Shown: positions 18,761 to 28,041, counted from the first letter of the stretch. The stretch is 64,000 nt of DNA from Planctomycetota bacterium (GCA_036479435.1 JAZGFI010000113.1:18711-82710); one strand, 5' to 3'. Numbers and translations: made by a program. Notes: generated from the letters alone by a model not told the origin.

Positions 18761-20629
18761 ATGTTCGCAAGTCAGTTCCGGGTCACGAACCTGGACTTCA
18801 TCGGGCGTCTGCTCGTCGTGATTTTGGTCGCGTGGCTCGCGGCCCCGTCGATCTCAGCTCAGCAGCGCGAAGGCGTTTCGTTGGGCGGTAGTCCTCGGCA
18901 AGAATTTACCGACACGCGCATCACCTTAAACGTCAAGAACCACCCCCTGTCGGAAGTGATCGACTACATCAAAAAGCGCGCCCGGGTGAACATCATCCTC
19001 GCGAAGGATGTCGACATCTCGACGCAAGTGACGGTGGAGTTCGACAAGATCGCATTCGAAGAGGCGATTCGCATCGTTGGCGAGGACGCTCAGTGCGTCG
19101 TCGTCAAGCGGGCGGCCAATCTCTTCATTCTCGAACAACCCGTTCGCATCAGCTGGAAGTTCGAAAGCGCTCCCATCACTGCGGTTATCGAGGCGATTGG
19201 AAAGCTGTCCGGGGCCTCGATTGTGGCCTCGGGCGATGTCACCGGCAACGTCAATCTCACTTTGAACGATGTGCCTTGGCGCGTCGCTCTCGACACCGCG
19301 GCGAAGTCTTTGGGCTACGTCGTCGTCGAAGAGGATTGGGGCGTGCTTCAGATCGTTCACCCCTCGAAGCTGAGGGAACAGCTCGAAAGCCGCATGTTCC
19401 AGCTTAAGTACGTGAGACCGCCCGCGGTCTATCGTCCCAAGATCGACACCGAATACGCCGTTGGCAAGCCCACGGCTCCGAACCAAGACCCCGAGCAGAG
19501 CTTTTCACTGCTAAAGGCTCTTCGTTCTACCCTTAGCGAGAACGGCTCACTAGAATACGTCTCCGAGCACAACGTGGTGATTGTCAAAGACGTCGCCCCC
19601 GTGATTGATCAGATCGGTCGCCTCATCAGCGAGATCGACCAGGAGCCGGCCCAGGTTTTCGTCGACGTCAAATTTGTGACGACGACGAATACTGACGCTC
19701 TCTCCTACGGTGTCGACATCGGTAGTGACGGTTTCGCCGCCGGCCTGACCGGCTCGGCTATCGCCTCGCGTTTGCCCTTTAGCGTCGGCAGCGAAGGCTT
19801 CGGCGTGTTGCCGAGCGCCAATGGTGCGCAAGGTGGCAGCAACGGTATTCCGGGGTTCAACGATGGCGACCTCGCCGCGACGACGACTTTCGGCCGGCTC
19901 GACTTTACCCAGGCCAGCTTTACTTTGAAGCTCCTGGAGCAAGATGCGCATTCCCGCATCTTCCAGGCGCCGAAGTTGATTGCCTTGGACAACCAGGAAG
20001 CGACGATCTTTGTCGGCCGCACGATTCGTTTCGCGCAGACCGAAGCTGAACAGGGTCAGGCCGGCGGCTTGACTTTCAGCATCAAAGAAGCAGCGAACTC
20101 TCCGGTGCAGACTGGTTTTCAGCTCTTCCTCGTGCCGCACGTTGTGCCGGGTACGAACAAGATCATGATGACCGTCATTCCCGAAGCGGAACAACTTGTC
20201 GGTACCAGCACCAACCCCAATGTGCCCGTCGGCTTCGACGAGTTCGTCAGTGGCGAAGGTACTGCGAATGAAGTTCGCATCGCCTTGCCGCAGGTGGCGA
20301 GTAGCACCCTGGTCACCACCATGATGCTCGAAAGCGGTGAAACCGCCGTCATCGGTGGCCTCATCACCGAAAGCGAAACGAGTCGGGTCAACAAGCTCCC
20401 CATTTTGGGTGACATCCCGATCCTCAACTTCTTTTTCCGTCATGAAGAACGCACCCGGACCCGCGAGAGCCTGATCATCTTCATCACGCCGCGTATCATT
20501 CGCGATTCGACGGCCGTCGAACAGCTCATCCGCGAGGAAGACCTGCGTCGCCGCAAGTTGATCGAGAGTGAAGTGGAACGGATCTTCGGCGAAAACGAAG
20601 GCATCGAGCCGGCGATGGACACCAACTAA
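18761..20629 (+). CDS. pilQ: Type IV pilus secretin PilQ (GspD superfamily)
   Basis: Signal peptide LLVVILVAWLAAPSISAQQ. Secretin C-domain VNKLPILGDIPILNFFFRHEERTRTRESLIIFITPRII. SD AGGAG at 18746-18750. Confidence 0.87.
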   Translation: MFASQFRVTNLDFIGRLLVVILVAWLAAPSISAQQREGVSLGGSPRQEFTDTRITLNVKNHPLSEVIDYIKKRARVNIILAKDVDISTQVTVEFDKIAFEEAIRIVGEDAQCVVVKRAANLFILEQPVRISWKFESAPITAVIEAIGKLSGASIVASGDVTGNVNLTLNDVPWRVALDTAAKSLGYVVVEEDWGVLQIVHPSKLREQLESRMFQLKYVRPPAVYRPKIDTEYAVGKPTAPNQDPEQSFSLLKALRSTLSENGSLEYVSEHNVVIVKDVAPVIDQIGRLISEIDQEPAQVFVDVKFVTTTNTDALSYGVDIGSDGFAAGLTGSAIASRLPFSVGSEGFGVLPSANGAQGGSNGIPGFNDGDLAATTTFGRLDFTQASFTLKLLEQDAHSRIFQAPKLIALDNQEATIFVGRTIRFAQTEAEQGQAGGLTFSIKEAANSPVQTGFQLFLVPHVVPGTNKIMMTVIPEAEQLVGTSTNPNVPVGFDEFVSGEGTANEVRIALPQVASSTLVTTMMLESGETAVIGGLITESETSRVNKLPILGDIPILNFFFRHEERTRTRESLIIFITPRIIRDSTAVEQLIREEDLRRRKLIESEVERIFGENEGIEPAMDTN

Positions 20630-20655
20630 TTCCAAACCCTGGAATTGTGAACTCT

Positions 20656-20698
20656 GCGCGCTTGAGTATCAATACGGTACTCAAGCGCGCTGTTTTTT
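20656..20698 (+). terminator. Rho-independent terminator after pilQ
   Basis: Perfect 13-bp stem gcgcgcttgagta/tactcaagcgcgc, 9-nt loop, then TGTTTTTT. Confidence 0.88.
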
Positions 20699-21238
20699 GG
20701 TGCAAGTGTCAGGCGAGCGCTGGGGGGTCCGGCTTGGATCGCAACGATGAGTCGTAGTGGCTGCCGAGAGTGTCGACGATCAAGATGATGCGATCTTCAT
20801 CGCTCGGATTGAGGGCGGCGTGTTGGTGGATCGTGTTGAAGAAACTGATGTCGTCTCTTTGCTTTGCAGGCTGCCCGTTACGACTCGGGCCGGGGCGTCG
20901 TCGCCAAGCCCTCCCCATAGAGCCCCTGAAAGCGTAGATTCTTGCTATTGAGCCGCCGCCCGGCCTCTCCCGCGAAGATCCAGCCTCTATATCTGGCGCT
21001 CGGCGGCGAATTTTCGTAAGAACTTGCCAGGGGAGGCCTTGCTGGCGTTTAGGCGCCGTGAGCTTAACCCCACCAGACAAACCGCTTTCGCTCGTTGGGG
21101 CGGCGAGTTGGCAGCAGCCAATTCTCCCTCGGGGCGAGACGGCCCGCGCCGGTCCGCAACAAAAGCGAATCGGACTGAGACAAACAAACAATCAAGGCGC
21201 GCCATGGCGACCTGCGGTCGCGGCGCGAACGTGCCACG

Positions 21239-22732
21239 ATGGAGCAACGAATCTTCATCAACGCTCAGGATCCAGAAGAGATCCGGATCGCCCTCACCGA
21301 AGACGGCGTACTCCAGGAATTCTTCATCGACCGGGCGGCGAATGAATCTTATCTCGGAAACATCTACAAGGGCGTCGTCACTAACGTCGAGCCCTCGATC
21401 GGAGCGGCCTTCGTCGACTTCGGCGGAGATCGCAATGGCTTTCTCCATGTGTCAGATGTTCTTCCCATTTATCGTCAGAACAACCGGACGGTTCCGGATA
21501 CTCCCGTCAACCGACGCGAGCATCTGAACATTCAAGAGTACCTGGCCAAGGGTCAAGAAGTCTTGGTGCAGATCACCAAAGACGGCATTGGCAAAAAGGG
21601 CCCGACGCTCACGACCTACTTGTCGATACCAGGTCGCTACTTGGTGTTGATGCCGAGTTTGAGTCGCTCGGGTGTTTCCAAGAAAATCGAAGACCGTGAA
21701 GAACGGTCTCGGCTCAAAAAGGTCCTCGCCAAGATCGACCCGCCGCCCGGAATGGGCTACATCATCCGCACCGCGGGCGTCGGGCAAGACATCGGCGACA
21801 TCATTCGCGACCTCGAATACCTGTTGAAGTTGTGGAACACCATCGTGAAGCGCGTTCGTAGTGAGCGAGCGCCGGCGCCGATTTACCAGGAATCAGACGC
21901 CGTTATTCGCACGATTCGCGACACTTTTTCGCCGCGCGTCAAAGAGGTGTTGGTCGACCACGATCTCACCTGCAAAAAAGCTCAGGACTTTGTGCGCGCC
22001 GTCATGCCGACCTGTGTTGATCGCATCAAACTCTACGAGGGCAAGCAGCCCTTGTTTCACAAGTTCAAACTTGAAGACGAAATCGAGCGTCTCTTTCACC
22101 GCAAAGTCAACCTGAAGAGCGGGGGGTCGATTGTGATCGACCCGACGGAAGCTCTCGTGGCGATCGACGTCAACTCGGGCAAGAACCGCGGCGAAGATGA
22201 CCTTGAAGAAACGGCTTTTCGGACAAACCTTGAGGCCGCCGAGGAGATTGCTCGGCAACTGCGCCTACGGGACCTTGGCGGCGTCATCATTAACGACTTC
22301 ATCGATATGCAAGACGACAATCACAAACGCGAGCTTGAGAGGTCGTTTAAGCGTGCCTTTGAGCGCGACAAGGTCCGGCTGAAGATCGCCCGTATCTCTC
22401 ACTTTGGAATGGTCGAGATGACGCGGCAGCGGGTAGGGCAGAGCCTTCATCGCAACAACGCGTCGATTTGCCCTCACTGCCGGGGCGGTGGCATCATTCG
22501 CAACGTCGACAGCGTCGGGCTGAAGATCATGCGCGAAGTCGCCAACGTCTTCGCCAACAACAAAGCGAAGCGAATCGTGGTGCGGGCCAACAATCGGGTC
22601 GCTGACTTCATGAAGCGCAACAAAAGAGATCGGCTCGAGATCATCGAGCGTACCTACAAGCGCCCGATATCGATCAACGGAGATGCCAGTTTCGGGGTGG
22701 AGGAGTACGAGCTGAAACGGCTCGACTCCTAG
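21239..22732 (+). CDS. rng: Ribonuclease E/G family endoribonuclease (RNase G size)
   Basis: S1 domain GNIYKGVVTNVEPSIGAAFVDFGGDRNGFLHVSDV. Catalytic core VIDPTEALVAIDVNSGK. 497 aa. Confidence 0.9.
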   Translation: MEQRIFINAQDPEEIRIALTEDGVLQEFFIDRAANESYLGNIYKGVVTNVEPSIGAAFVDFGGDRNGFLHVSDVLPIYRQNNRTVPDTPVNRREHLNIQEYLAKGQEVLVQITKDGIGKKGPTLTTYLSIPGRYLVLMPSLSRSGVSKKIEDREERSRLKKVLAKIDPPPGMGYIIRTAGVGQDIGDIIRDLEYLLKLWNTIVKRVRSERAPAPIYQESDAVIRTIRDTFSPRVKEVLVDHDLTCKKAQDFVRAVMPTCVDRIKLYEGKQPLFHKFKLEDEIERLFHRKVNLKSGGSIVIDPTEALVAIDVNSGKNRGEDDLEETAFRTNLEAAEEIARQLRLRDLGGVIINDFIDMQDDNHKRELERSFKRAFERDKVRLKIARISHFGMVEMTRQRVGQSLHRNNASICPHCRGGGIIRNVDSVGLKIMREVANVFANNKAKRIVVRANNRVADFMKRNKRDRLEIIERTYKRPISINGDASFGVEEYELKRLDS

Positions 22733-22883
22733 GCGCGCCCCCTTCGGCCTAAACCCCGATAGGGCTAGGGTTCGTGGCGCGTCGTTACCTTGAAGGCGAG
22801 GGCCTTCGCGCTATTATGCGCCTCCCATGATGGGGCTCTGGGCTGACCTGATGGTTCAGCTGGCCTCAATACGACACACAAAA

Positions 22884-22920
22884 GAGGCTTAAGCCTCAAC
22901 AAGCAAGAGGCTTAGGCCTC
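22884..22920 (+). promoter_or_regulatory. Two tandem palindromic hairpins (GAGGC-TTAA-GCCTC, GAGGC-TTAG-GCCTC) in the rplU leader
   Basis: gaggcttaagcctc at 22884-22897 and gaggcttaggcctc at 22907-22920. The second ends 21 nt before the rplU ATG. Confidence 0.35.
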
Positions 22921-22941
22921 GATCAGCGAGGAGTTAGGGTC

Positions 22942-23250
22942 ATGTACGCGATTGTCCACGACGGCGGCCACCAGTATCGGGTGGAGCCCGGCCAGGTCTG
23001 CGAAGTTCAGTTGAAGGACACCCCGGTCGGTGAATCCCTGACTTTTAGCCAAGTTTCCTTCATCGGCGGTGACAACCCGCAAATCGGCCAGCCCTACGTG
23101 AGTGGGGCGAGCGTCAGTGCGACAGTCTTGGCGGAAACGCGAGGCAAAAAGCTGGTCGTCCGTCACTTTAGACGCCGCAAGGATTCGCGCACCAAGGCGG
23201 GACACCGCCAAAAGTACACCCAAATCAGAATTGACTCCATCGACGCTTAA
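22942..23250 (+). CDS. rplU: 50S ribosomal protein L21
   Basis: MYAIVHDGGHQYRVEPGQV...KLVVRHFRRRKDSRTKAGHRQKYTQIRI. SD GAGGAG upstream. Confidence 0.95.
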   Translation: MYAIVHDGGHQYRVEPGQVCEVQLKDTPVGESLTFSQVSFIGGDNPQIGQPYVSGASVSATVLAETRGKKLVVRHFRRRKDSRTKAGHRQKYTQIRIDSIDA

Positions 23251-23291
23251 GGCGTCGATTCAGAAACGATGCGTAAGGCGTCGATTCAGAA
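23239..23291 (+). repeat. Hairpin spanning the rplU stop codon plus an 18-nt perfect direct repeat (taaggcgtcgattcagaa x2)
   Basis: atcgacgc-ttaag-gcgtcgat at 23239-23259. Repeat copies at 23248-23265 and 23274-23291. The second copy can form a G-U-containing hairpin with cgatgc. Confidence 0.6.
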
Positions 23292-23373
23292 GCAAAACAA
23301 GACACAAGAACGCCCCAGTTCCTCGCGACTGCGAGACCTCGGGCCTTTGATTGAAACAGGGAGAGCCTAAGGC

Positions 23374-23619
23374 ATGGCACATAAAAAGGGACAGGGTGCG
23401 TCGCGCAACAACCGCGACAGTAATCCTCAGTATCGCGGCGTCAAAAAGTACGGCGGCGAAAAAGTAAGTCCTGGCCACATCATCATCCGCCAATGCGGAA
23501 CGAAATTTCACCCCGGTAAGAACGTCGGTCTCGGCCGCGACTTCACGATTTTCGCCCTGATTGAGGGAACAGTGAAGTTCGAAACGCGGCGCCGCGTCAG
23601 CGTCATCGCCGCCAACTAA
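23374..23619 (+). CDS. rpmA: 50S ribosomal protein L27
   Basis: [31 protein letters not shown]... Confidence 0.95.
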   Translation: MAHKKGQGASRNNRDSNPQYRGVKKYGGEKVSPGHIIIRQCGTKFHPGKNVGLGRDFTIFALIEGTVKFETRRRVSVIAAN

Positions 23620-23721
23620 TTCGCAAGACTCTCCGGCCTAAGCCGGCGAGATTTGGAGAGCGATTGGGCCGGAGTGTCGTCCCGTGTTTTTCGGTGACGC
23701 CCCGGATTCCCCGTTCCATTC

Positions 23722-24720
23722 ATGTTCAAAGATCACGCCGTTATTTATGTAAGCGCTGGCAAGGGCGGCAATGGTGCTATTTCGTTTCGACGCGAAAAGT
23801 ACGTACCCGCCGGCGGCCCTGATGGTGGCAACGGTGGCCATGGTGGCAGCGTCTATCTCGTCGCAGACGGCCAGGAATCCACCCTCATCTCGCAAGTGCG
23901 CAATCCCCATGTTCGCGCCGAAAACGGCGTTCACGGTCAGGGTCGAGATTGCCACGGTCGCCGGGGTGAAGATAGCGTCATCAAAGTTCCTATCGGTACT
24001 CTCGTTTTTGACAAGAATGACGAGACGATGCTCCGCGACCTGAAGAATGAGGGCGATCGCGTCTGTGTCGCCAAAGGTGGCCGCGGCGGGTTTGGCAACG
24101 AGCACTTCAAGTCGTCCTCCAACCAGACACCGCGGCAGGCGAATCCTGGCTCGTCCGGTGAGAGCCGCACCTTGCGTTTGGAGCTCAAGCTCATCGCGGA
24201 CGTCGGTTTGGTGGGTCTCCCCAACGCCGGCAAGTCGACCTTTATCTCCAAGGTGTCGGCCGCCCACCCCAAGGTTGCAGATTACCCGTTCACGACCCTC
24301 GATCCTCACCCTGGCATCGTCGAGATGTCGGGCTTCCGGCGATTCGTGATGATGGACATCCCCGGTCTTATCGAGGGCGCGGCCGTCGGCCAGGGACTCG
24401 GGCACCGCTTTTTGAAACATGTCGAGCGTACGCGGGCGTTGGTTCACCTCGTCGACATGGCGCCCATGGACGAGTCCGATCCCGTTGAGGCCTTTCGCAC
24501 GATCGTTGCGGAACTTGAGCGTTACTCGCCCGCCTTGGCAAAAAAGCCGCGCCTTACGGTCTTCAGCAAGGCCGACCTTGTTGCTGATCCCGTGGCTCGA
24601 GCCGCTGAACTCGCCGCCGAAATGGGCGTCGAAGCCTACGCGGTGTCATCGGCCACAGGTTTCAACGTCGAACGACTTCTCGAAGACATCTGGGTCATGA
24701 TCAAGCCCGAGTCAGAATAG
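23722..24720 (+). CDS. obg: GTPase Obg/CgtA
   Basis: Gly-rich Obg fold GGPDGGNGGHGGSVYL. G1 GLPNAGKSTF, G3 DIPGLIEGA. Confidence 0.95.
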   Translation: MFKDHAVIYVSAGKGGNGAISFRREKYVPAGGPDGGNGGHGGSVYLVADGQESTLISQVRNPHVRAENGVHGQGRDCHGRRGEDSVIKVPIGTLVFDKNDETMLRDLKNEGDRVCVAKGGRGGFGNEHFKSSSNQTPRQANPGSSGESRTLRLELKLIADVGLVGLPNAGKSTFISKVSAAHPKVADYPFTTLDPHPGIVEMSGFRRFVMMDIPGLIEGAAVGQGLGHRFLKHVERTRALVHLVDMAPMDESDPVEAFRTIVAELERYSPALAKKPRLTVFSKADLVADPVARAAELAAEMGVEAYAVSSATGFNVERLLEDIWVMIKPESE

Positions 24721-24777
24721 GCGAACCAGTCAAGTTGACGAGCTCTCACGGTCGATAAGCGCCGGGAGAACCATATC

Positions 24778-25878
24778 GTGCTCGATTTCGAAAAGATCTT
24801 GAAGATGGCCGTGGCGGCGAACGCTTCGGATGTCATTTTGCGCACCGGCAGCCAACCTGCGATGAAAGTTTCAGGCAAGGTACTGTTCCTTGACGAGGAC
24901 ACGATCGAGGGCGGCGAGGCCTACACGGTTGCCCAAAAAATCGTCGGCAGCAACCTCATGGAAAAGTATGAGGAAATCGGCGAGATCGACTGTGCTTATC
25001 ACTCCGGGCTAAACGGTCGCTTTCGCGTCAACCTCTTTCGCCAAGGGGGTGAGGTGGGGATGGTCTTGCGTCAGATTCAAGCCAACATCCCGAGCTTTGC
25101 GTCCTTGCACTTGCCCGCAGATCAATTCAACCATCTCGCATCTATCGACCGTGGCATCGTTTTTGTCACGGGCGTCACCGGATCGGGTAAGTCGACGTCG
25201 TTGGCGGCCATCGTCAATGCCATCAACAACACGCGCAACAAGCACATTATTACGCTCGAAGACCCCGTCGAGTTCGCGTTCACCGACAACCTTTCGATCA
25301 TCAATCAACGCGAAGTCGGGACGGATACTCGTACTTTTGCCTCTGGCTTGCGCGCCGCGATGCGCGAGGCGCCCGACGTCATCATGGTGGGAGAAATTCG
25401 CGATTCGGAAACGATGTCCGCCGCGATCTCCGCCGCGGAAACCGGGCACCTGGTGCTGACGACCTTGCACACGGTCAACGCCATTCAAACTGTCGAACGC
25501 ATCCATACTTTCTTTGAGCCGCACCAACACGACTTGATCCGTTTGCAGCTGGCGTCGGTCTTGGTTGGTGTGGCCTCTCAGCGGCTTCTTCCCAACCAAA
25601 AAGACTCAGGGATGGTGCCGGCCGTCGAGCTTTTGTTGGCTACCCCTCGGGTCAAAGAGCTGATTTTTGAGGGTAAGACCCTGGAACTCGAGCGCGCCTT
25701 GACCGACGGTCAGGACTACTATGGCACCCAAACCTTCAACATGAGTCTCGTCAAACTCTACAACGATGGTCTGGTGAGCCTCGAGGATGCCCTCAATGCC
25801 TCCGACAAGCCGGACGACCTCAAATTGAGCCTTCGAGGCGTTCAAACCGGCGTCAGCGGAAGTCGCCTAACAATTTGA
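24778..25878 (+). CDS. PilT/PilU-family pilus retraction ATPase (paralogue 1)
   Basis: GTG start. Walker A GVTGSGKST, Walker B DVIMVGEIRD, His box TGHLVLTTLHT. Confidence 0.85.
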   Translation: MLDFEKILKMAVAANASDVILRTGSQPAMKVSGKVLFLDEDTIEGGEAYTVAQKIVGSNLMEKYEEIGEIDCAYHSGLNGRFRVNLFRQGGEVGMVLRQIQANIPSFASLHLPADQFNHLASIDRGIVFVTGVTGSGKSTSLAAIVNAINNTRNKHIITLEDPVEFAFTDNLSIINQREVGTDTRTFASGLRAAMREAPDVIMVGEIRDSETMSAAISAAETGHLVLTTLHTVNAIQTVERIHTFFEPHQHDLIRLQLASVLVGVASQRLLPNQKDSGMVPAVELLLATPRVKELIFEGKTLELERALTDGQDYYGTQTFNMSLVKLYNDGLVSLEDALNASDKPDDLKLSLRGVQTGVSGSRLTI

Positions 25879-26066
25879 AAGACGAACGCTGGTTCGTCGT
25901 CTCACTGCTGTTCGGGCCCGAAAAGCTGTTTTTCCGGGCCTGAGGGGATAGGATGTCCTCGAAGGGGTCGTAGACTTCGGCTGAGACGAAAGTCGGCCGC
26001 TACGAAAGACGGACCGATCGGGTCCTGGTCCCAAGCCAGCCCTGAGGCCCGAAGGAGAGCGACAAG

Positions 26067-27194
26067 ATGAAGATCACAACCCAGCGTACGCTGCTTTGGC
26101 TCGGCAACTTTATGGTCGCTGCGAGCCTTATCTTATTGGTCGTCCTCTTCGCGAAGAGTGCTAGTCGCAAGGCCATCGCCAAGTCCCGCAGAGCTACGCT
26201 CGTTGAGGTCAACGAAGGACTCGACGCGATCGAGAGCTTAGGCGACCAGGATGGCGGCCCCGGTAAGACGGGGGCTCGGCTGAAGGTCGTCAAGAAGGCC
26301 GACTTTTACTACATGGGCTACGTGGCCCCTGAGATTGTCGATACCACCAAAGGCAAACCTAAGCCGCCGGCCAAAGCTCCAGCCCTCGACACCCTCATCT
26401 CCCTGACCTATCTCGTGGCTCCGATCCGCGACAACTCGGGGCCCTTTGAGATCATCGATCTCGGCAAGGCCGCGGTAAAGATCAAGAACATCGCGGGCAA
26501 TGTTCACACCTTCCCTTACCAAGAGGGCGACATCATCGGGACGGGCGAGGGCGATTTCAGCGATGAAGATGCGGCCTTGAAGGAGCATGGCGGAGCCAAG
26601 ATCTTGAAGATCGATGGCGACGGCATCGTGTGTCTGTGGGCCAAAGAAGAAGTGCGCGTCGACATCTTGCGGCGCGACGATCCCCAGGGCCTCAATATCC
26701 AAGGCACCGACGGCAAGTTTGTGGTCGGCGGCAAAGATAGCGGCAAGGGGGGCAAGTCCGGCTCCAAGCCAGAAGGCGCGATCGCTTCGAATGTGAAACT
26801 GTTCGAGCTCAAGAAGTCGCGCGGCGTTCAAGATGTGGTGGCGCTCACGAAAGATGGTTGGGATACGCTCAACAAAGACGGCGATCGCATCCTCGACGGC
26901 GTCACTTTTGAGAAAGCCAAGGACAACAAGGGCAAAAATGCCCTGAAAGTCTCGAAGATTCCGAGCCAACTCAAAGGTTACGGCCTGCAAGATGGCGACA
27001 TCATCACGCGGATCGACGGCAAGGCCGTCACTTCGAAAGAGACCATCGCGCGTCACGTTCGAAAGACCTACAAGAACAAGAGCAGCTACCGCGTCACGAT
27101 TCTTCGGAATGGCCGGCAGCGTTACATCAACGTCAGCGTTCCCCGTACCCTTAGAGGCAAAGCCAACCTCAGGAAACGATTTGGGAACCGATAG
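26067..27194 (+). CDS. Membrane-anchored protein with C-terminal PDZ domain (GspC-like topology)
   Basis: TM LLWLGNFMVAASLILLVVLF. C-terminus LKGYGLQDGDIITRIDGKAVTSKETIARHVRKTYKNKSSYRVTILRNGRQRYINV is PDZ-like. SD AAGGAGAG upstream. Confidence 0.7.
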   Translation: MKITTQRTLLWLGNFMVAASLILLVVLFAKSASRKAIAKSRRATLVEVNEGLDAIESLGDQDGGPGKTGARLKVVKKADFYYMGYVAPEIVDTTKGKPKPPAKAPALDTLISLTYLVAPIRDNSGPFEIIDLGKAAVKIKNIAGNVHTFPYQEGDIIGTGEGDFSDEDAALKEHGGAKILKIDGDGIVCLWAKEEVRVDILRRDDPQGLNIQGTDGKFVVGGKDSGKGGKSGSKPEGAIASNVKLFELKKSRGVQDVVALTKDGWDTLNKDGDRILDGVTFEKAKDNKGKNALKVSKIPSQLKGYGLQDGDIITRIDGKAVTSKETIARHVRKTYKNKSSYRVTILRNGRQRYINVSVPRTLRGKANLRKRFGNR

Positions 27195-27216
27195 CCTTTA
27201 GGCCTGAGGTCTCAAG

Positions 27217-28041
27217 GTGGCGGAGCCTACTGCGGTCACGGTCTACGGAGTGGACGTTGGGAATTCCCGCGTCAAGCTAGTTGAGATCCTAGCCTCAAAG
27301 GGCTCGAAGCCGTCACCACAAAGCCTTGGCTTGGGCAAGCATCGAACTTTTCTACGCGCCCCCACCGGATCTTGCCCCGGCGACGGCGAGCTTGATCAGC
27401 AACTCGTTCAGCAACTCGTTGCCAGTCTGTCTTTCCCGGCTCGCCTCCATCTGGTGAGTGTTGATCCCAAGCTCAACGAGCACATCCGTGAAGCGTTCCA
27501 AGATCAACCCGCTGAGTTGCTGTTTTGGGATAGCTACAATTTACCGCTCGAACACCCCTACGCCGATGCGTCTGAGCTAGGTGCCGACCGTCTGCTCGCG
27601 GCTTGGGCGTCCCACAAGCTCGTGGGGGGGCCCGTCATCGTCGTCGACGCTGGCACGGCTTTGACCGTCGACCTAGTCGACAAAGATGGGAGATTTGCCG
27701 GCGGTGCGATCGCACCTGGGCTCAGTTTGGCGGCAAGGTCTTTGGCGAGCGCGGGCGCGATGCTCGTCGACGTGGTTCCGGTTCCGCCGCTTGTGTATCC
27801 CGGTCAGTCTCGACGCGGCAGCTTGGAGGCGGGCTTGCTCGCGAGTTTTCTCGGCGGCGCGGAGCGCTTGGTTGATGAGGGAAGGCGTTGTGCCCCCGAA
27901 GCGAAACTCATGATCACCGGAGGCGACGGCGGGATCCTGGCCCAAGAATGGGCGGCGAGATTTCCCCAACTTCATCATGAACCGAAACTACTCGAAATCG
28001 GTCTGGCCGAGCTCGAATGGCGGCAGCATGGCCAGGACTGA
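27217..28041 (+). CDS. coaX: Type III pantothenate kinase
   Basis: VYGVDVGNSRVKL..., GADRLLAAWA, VIVVDAGTALTVDLV...GGAIAPGL. GTG start. Confidence 0.85.
   Translation: MAEPTAVTVYGVDVGNSRVKLVEILASKGSKPSPQSLGLGKHRTFLRAPTGSCPGDGELDQQLVQQLVASLSFPARLHLVSVDPKLNEHIREAFQDQPAELLFWDSYNLPLEHPYADASELGADRLLAAWASHKLVGGPVIVVDAGTALTVDLVDKDGRFAGGAIAPGLSLAARSLASAGAMLVDVVPVPPLVYPGQSRRGSLEAGLLASFLGGAERLVDEGRRCAPEAKLMITGGDGGILAQEWAARFPQLHHEPKLLEIGLAELEWRQHGQD

Noticed and set aside
17335-20635. Minus-strand ORFs of 368 aa and 361 aa lie opposite the pilO-like gene and pilQ.
   Set aside because: These are typical stop-poor antisense frames of GC-rich coding DNA. The translations are Arg/Asp/Val-rich with no motifs. 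The sense strand encodes recognisable PilO and secretin proteins.
20757-20951. A 64-aa + strand ORF sits in the pilQ-rng gap.
   Set aside because: Its third-position GC is lower than in the opposite-strand frame. It has no SD and no recognisable motif. The minus-strand fragment is reported instead, as a low-confidence finding.
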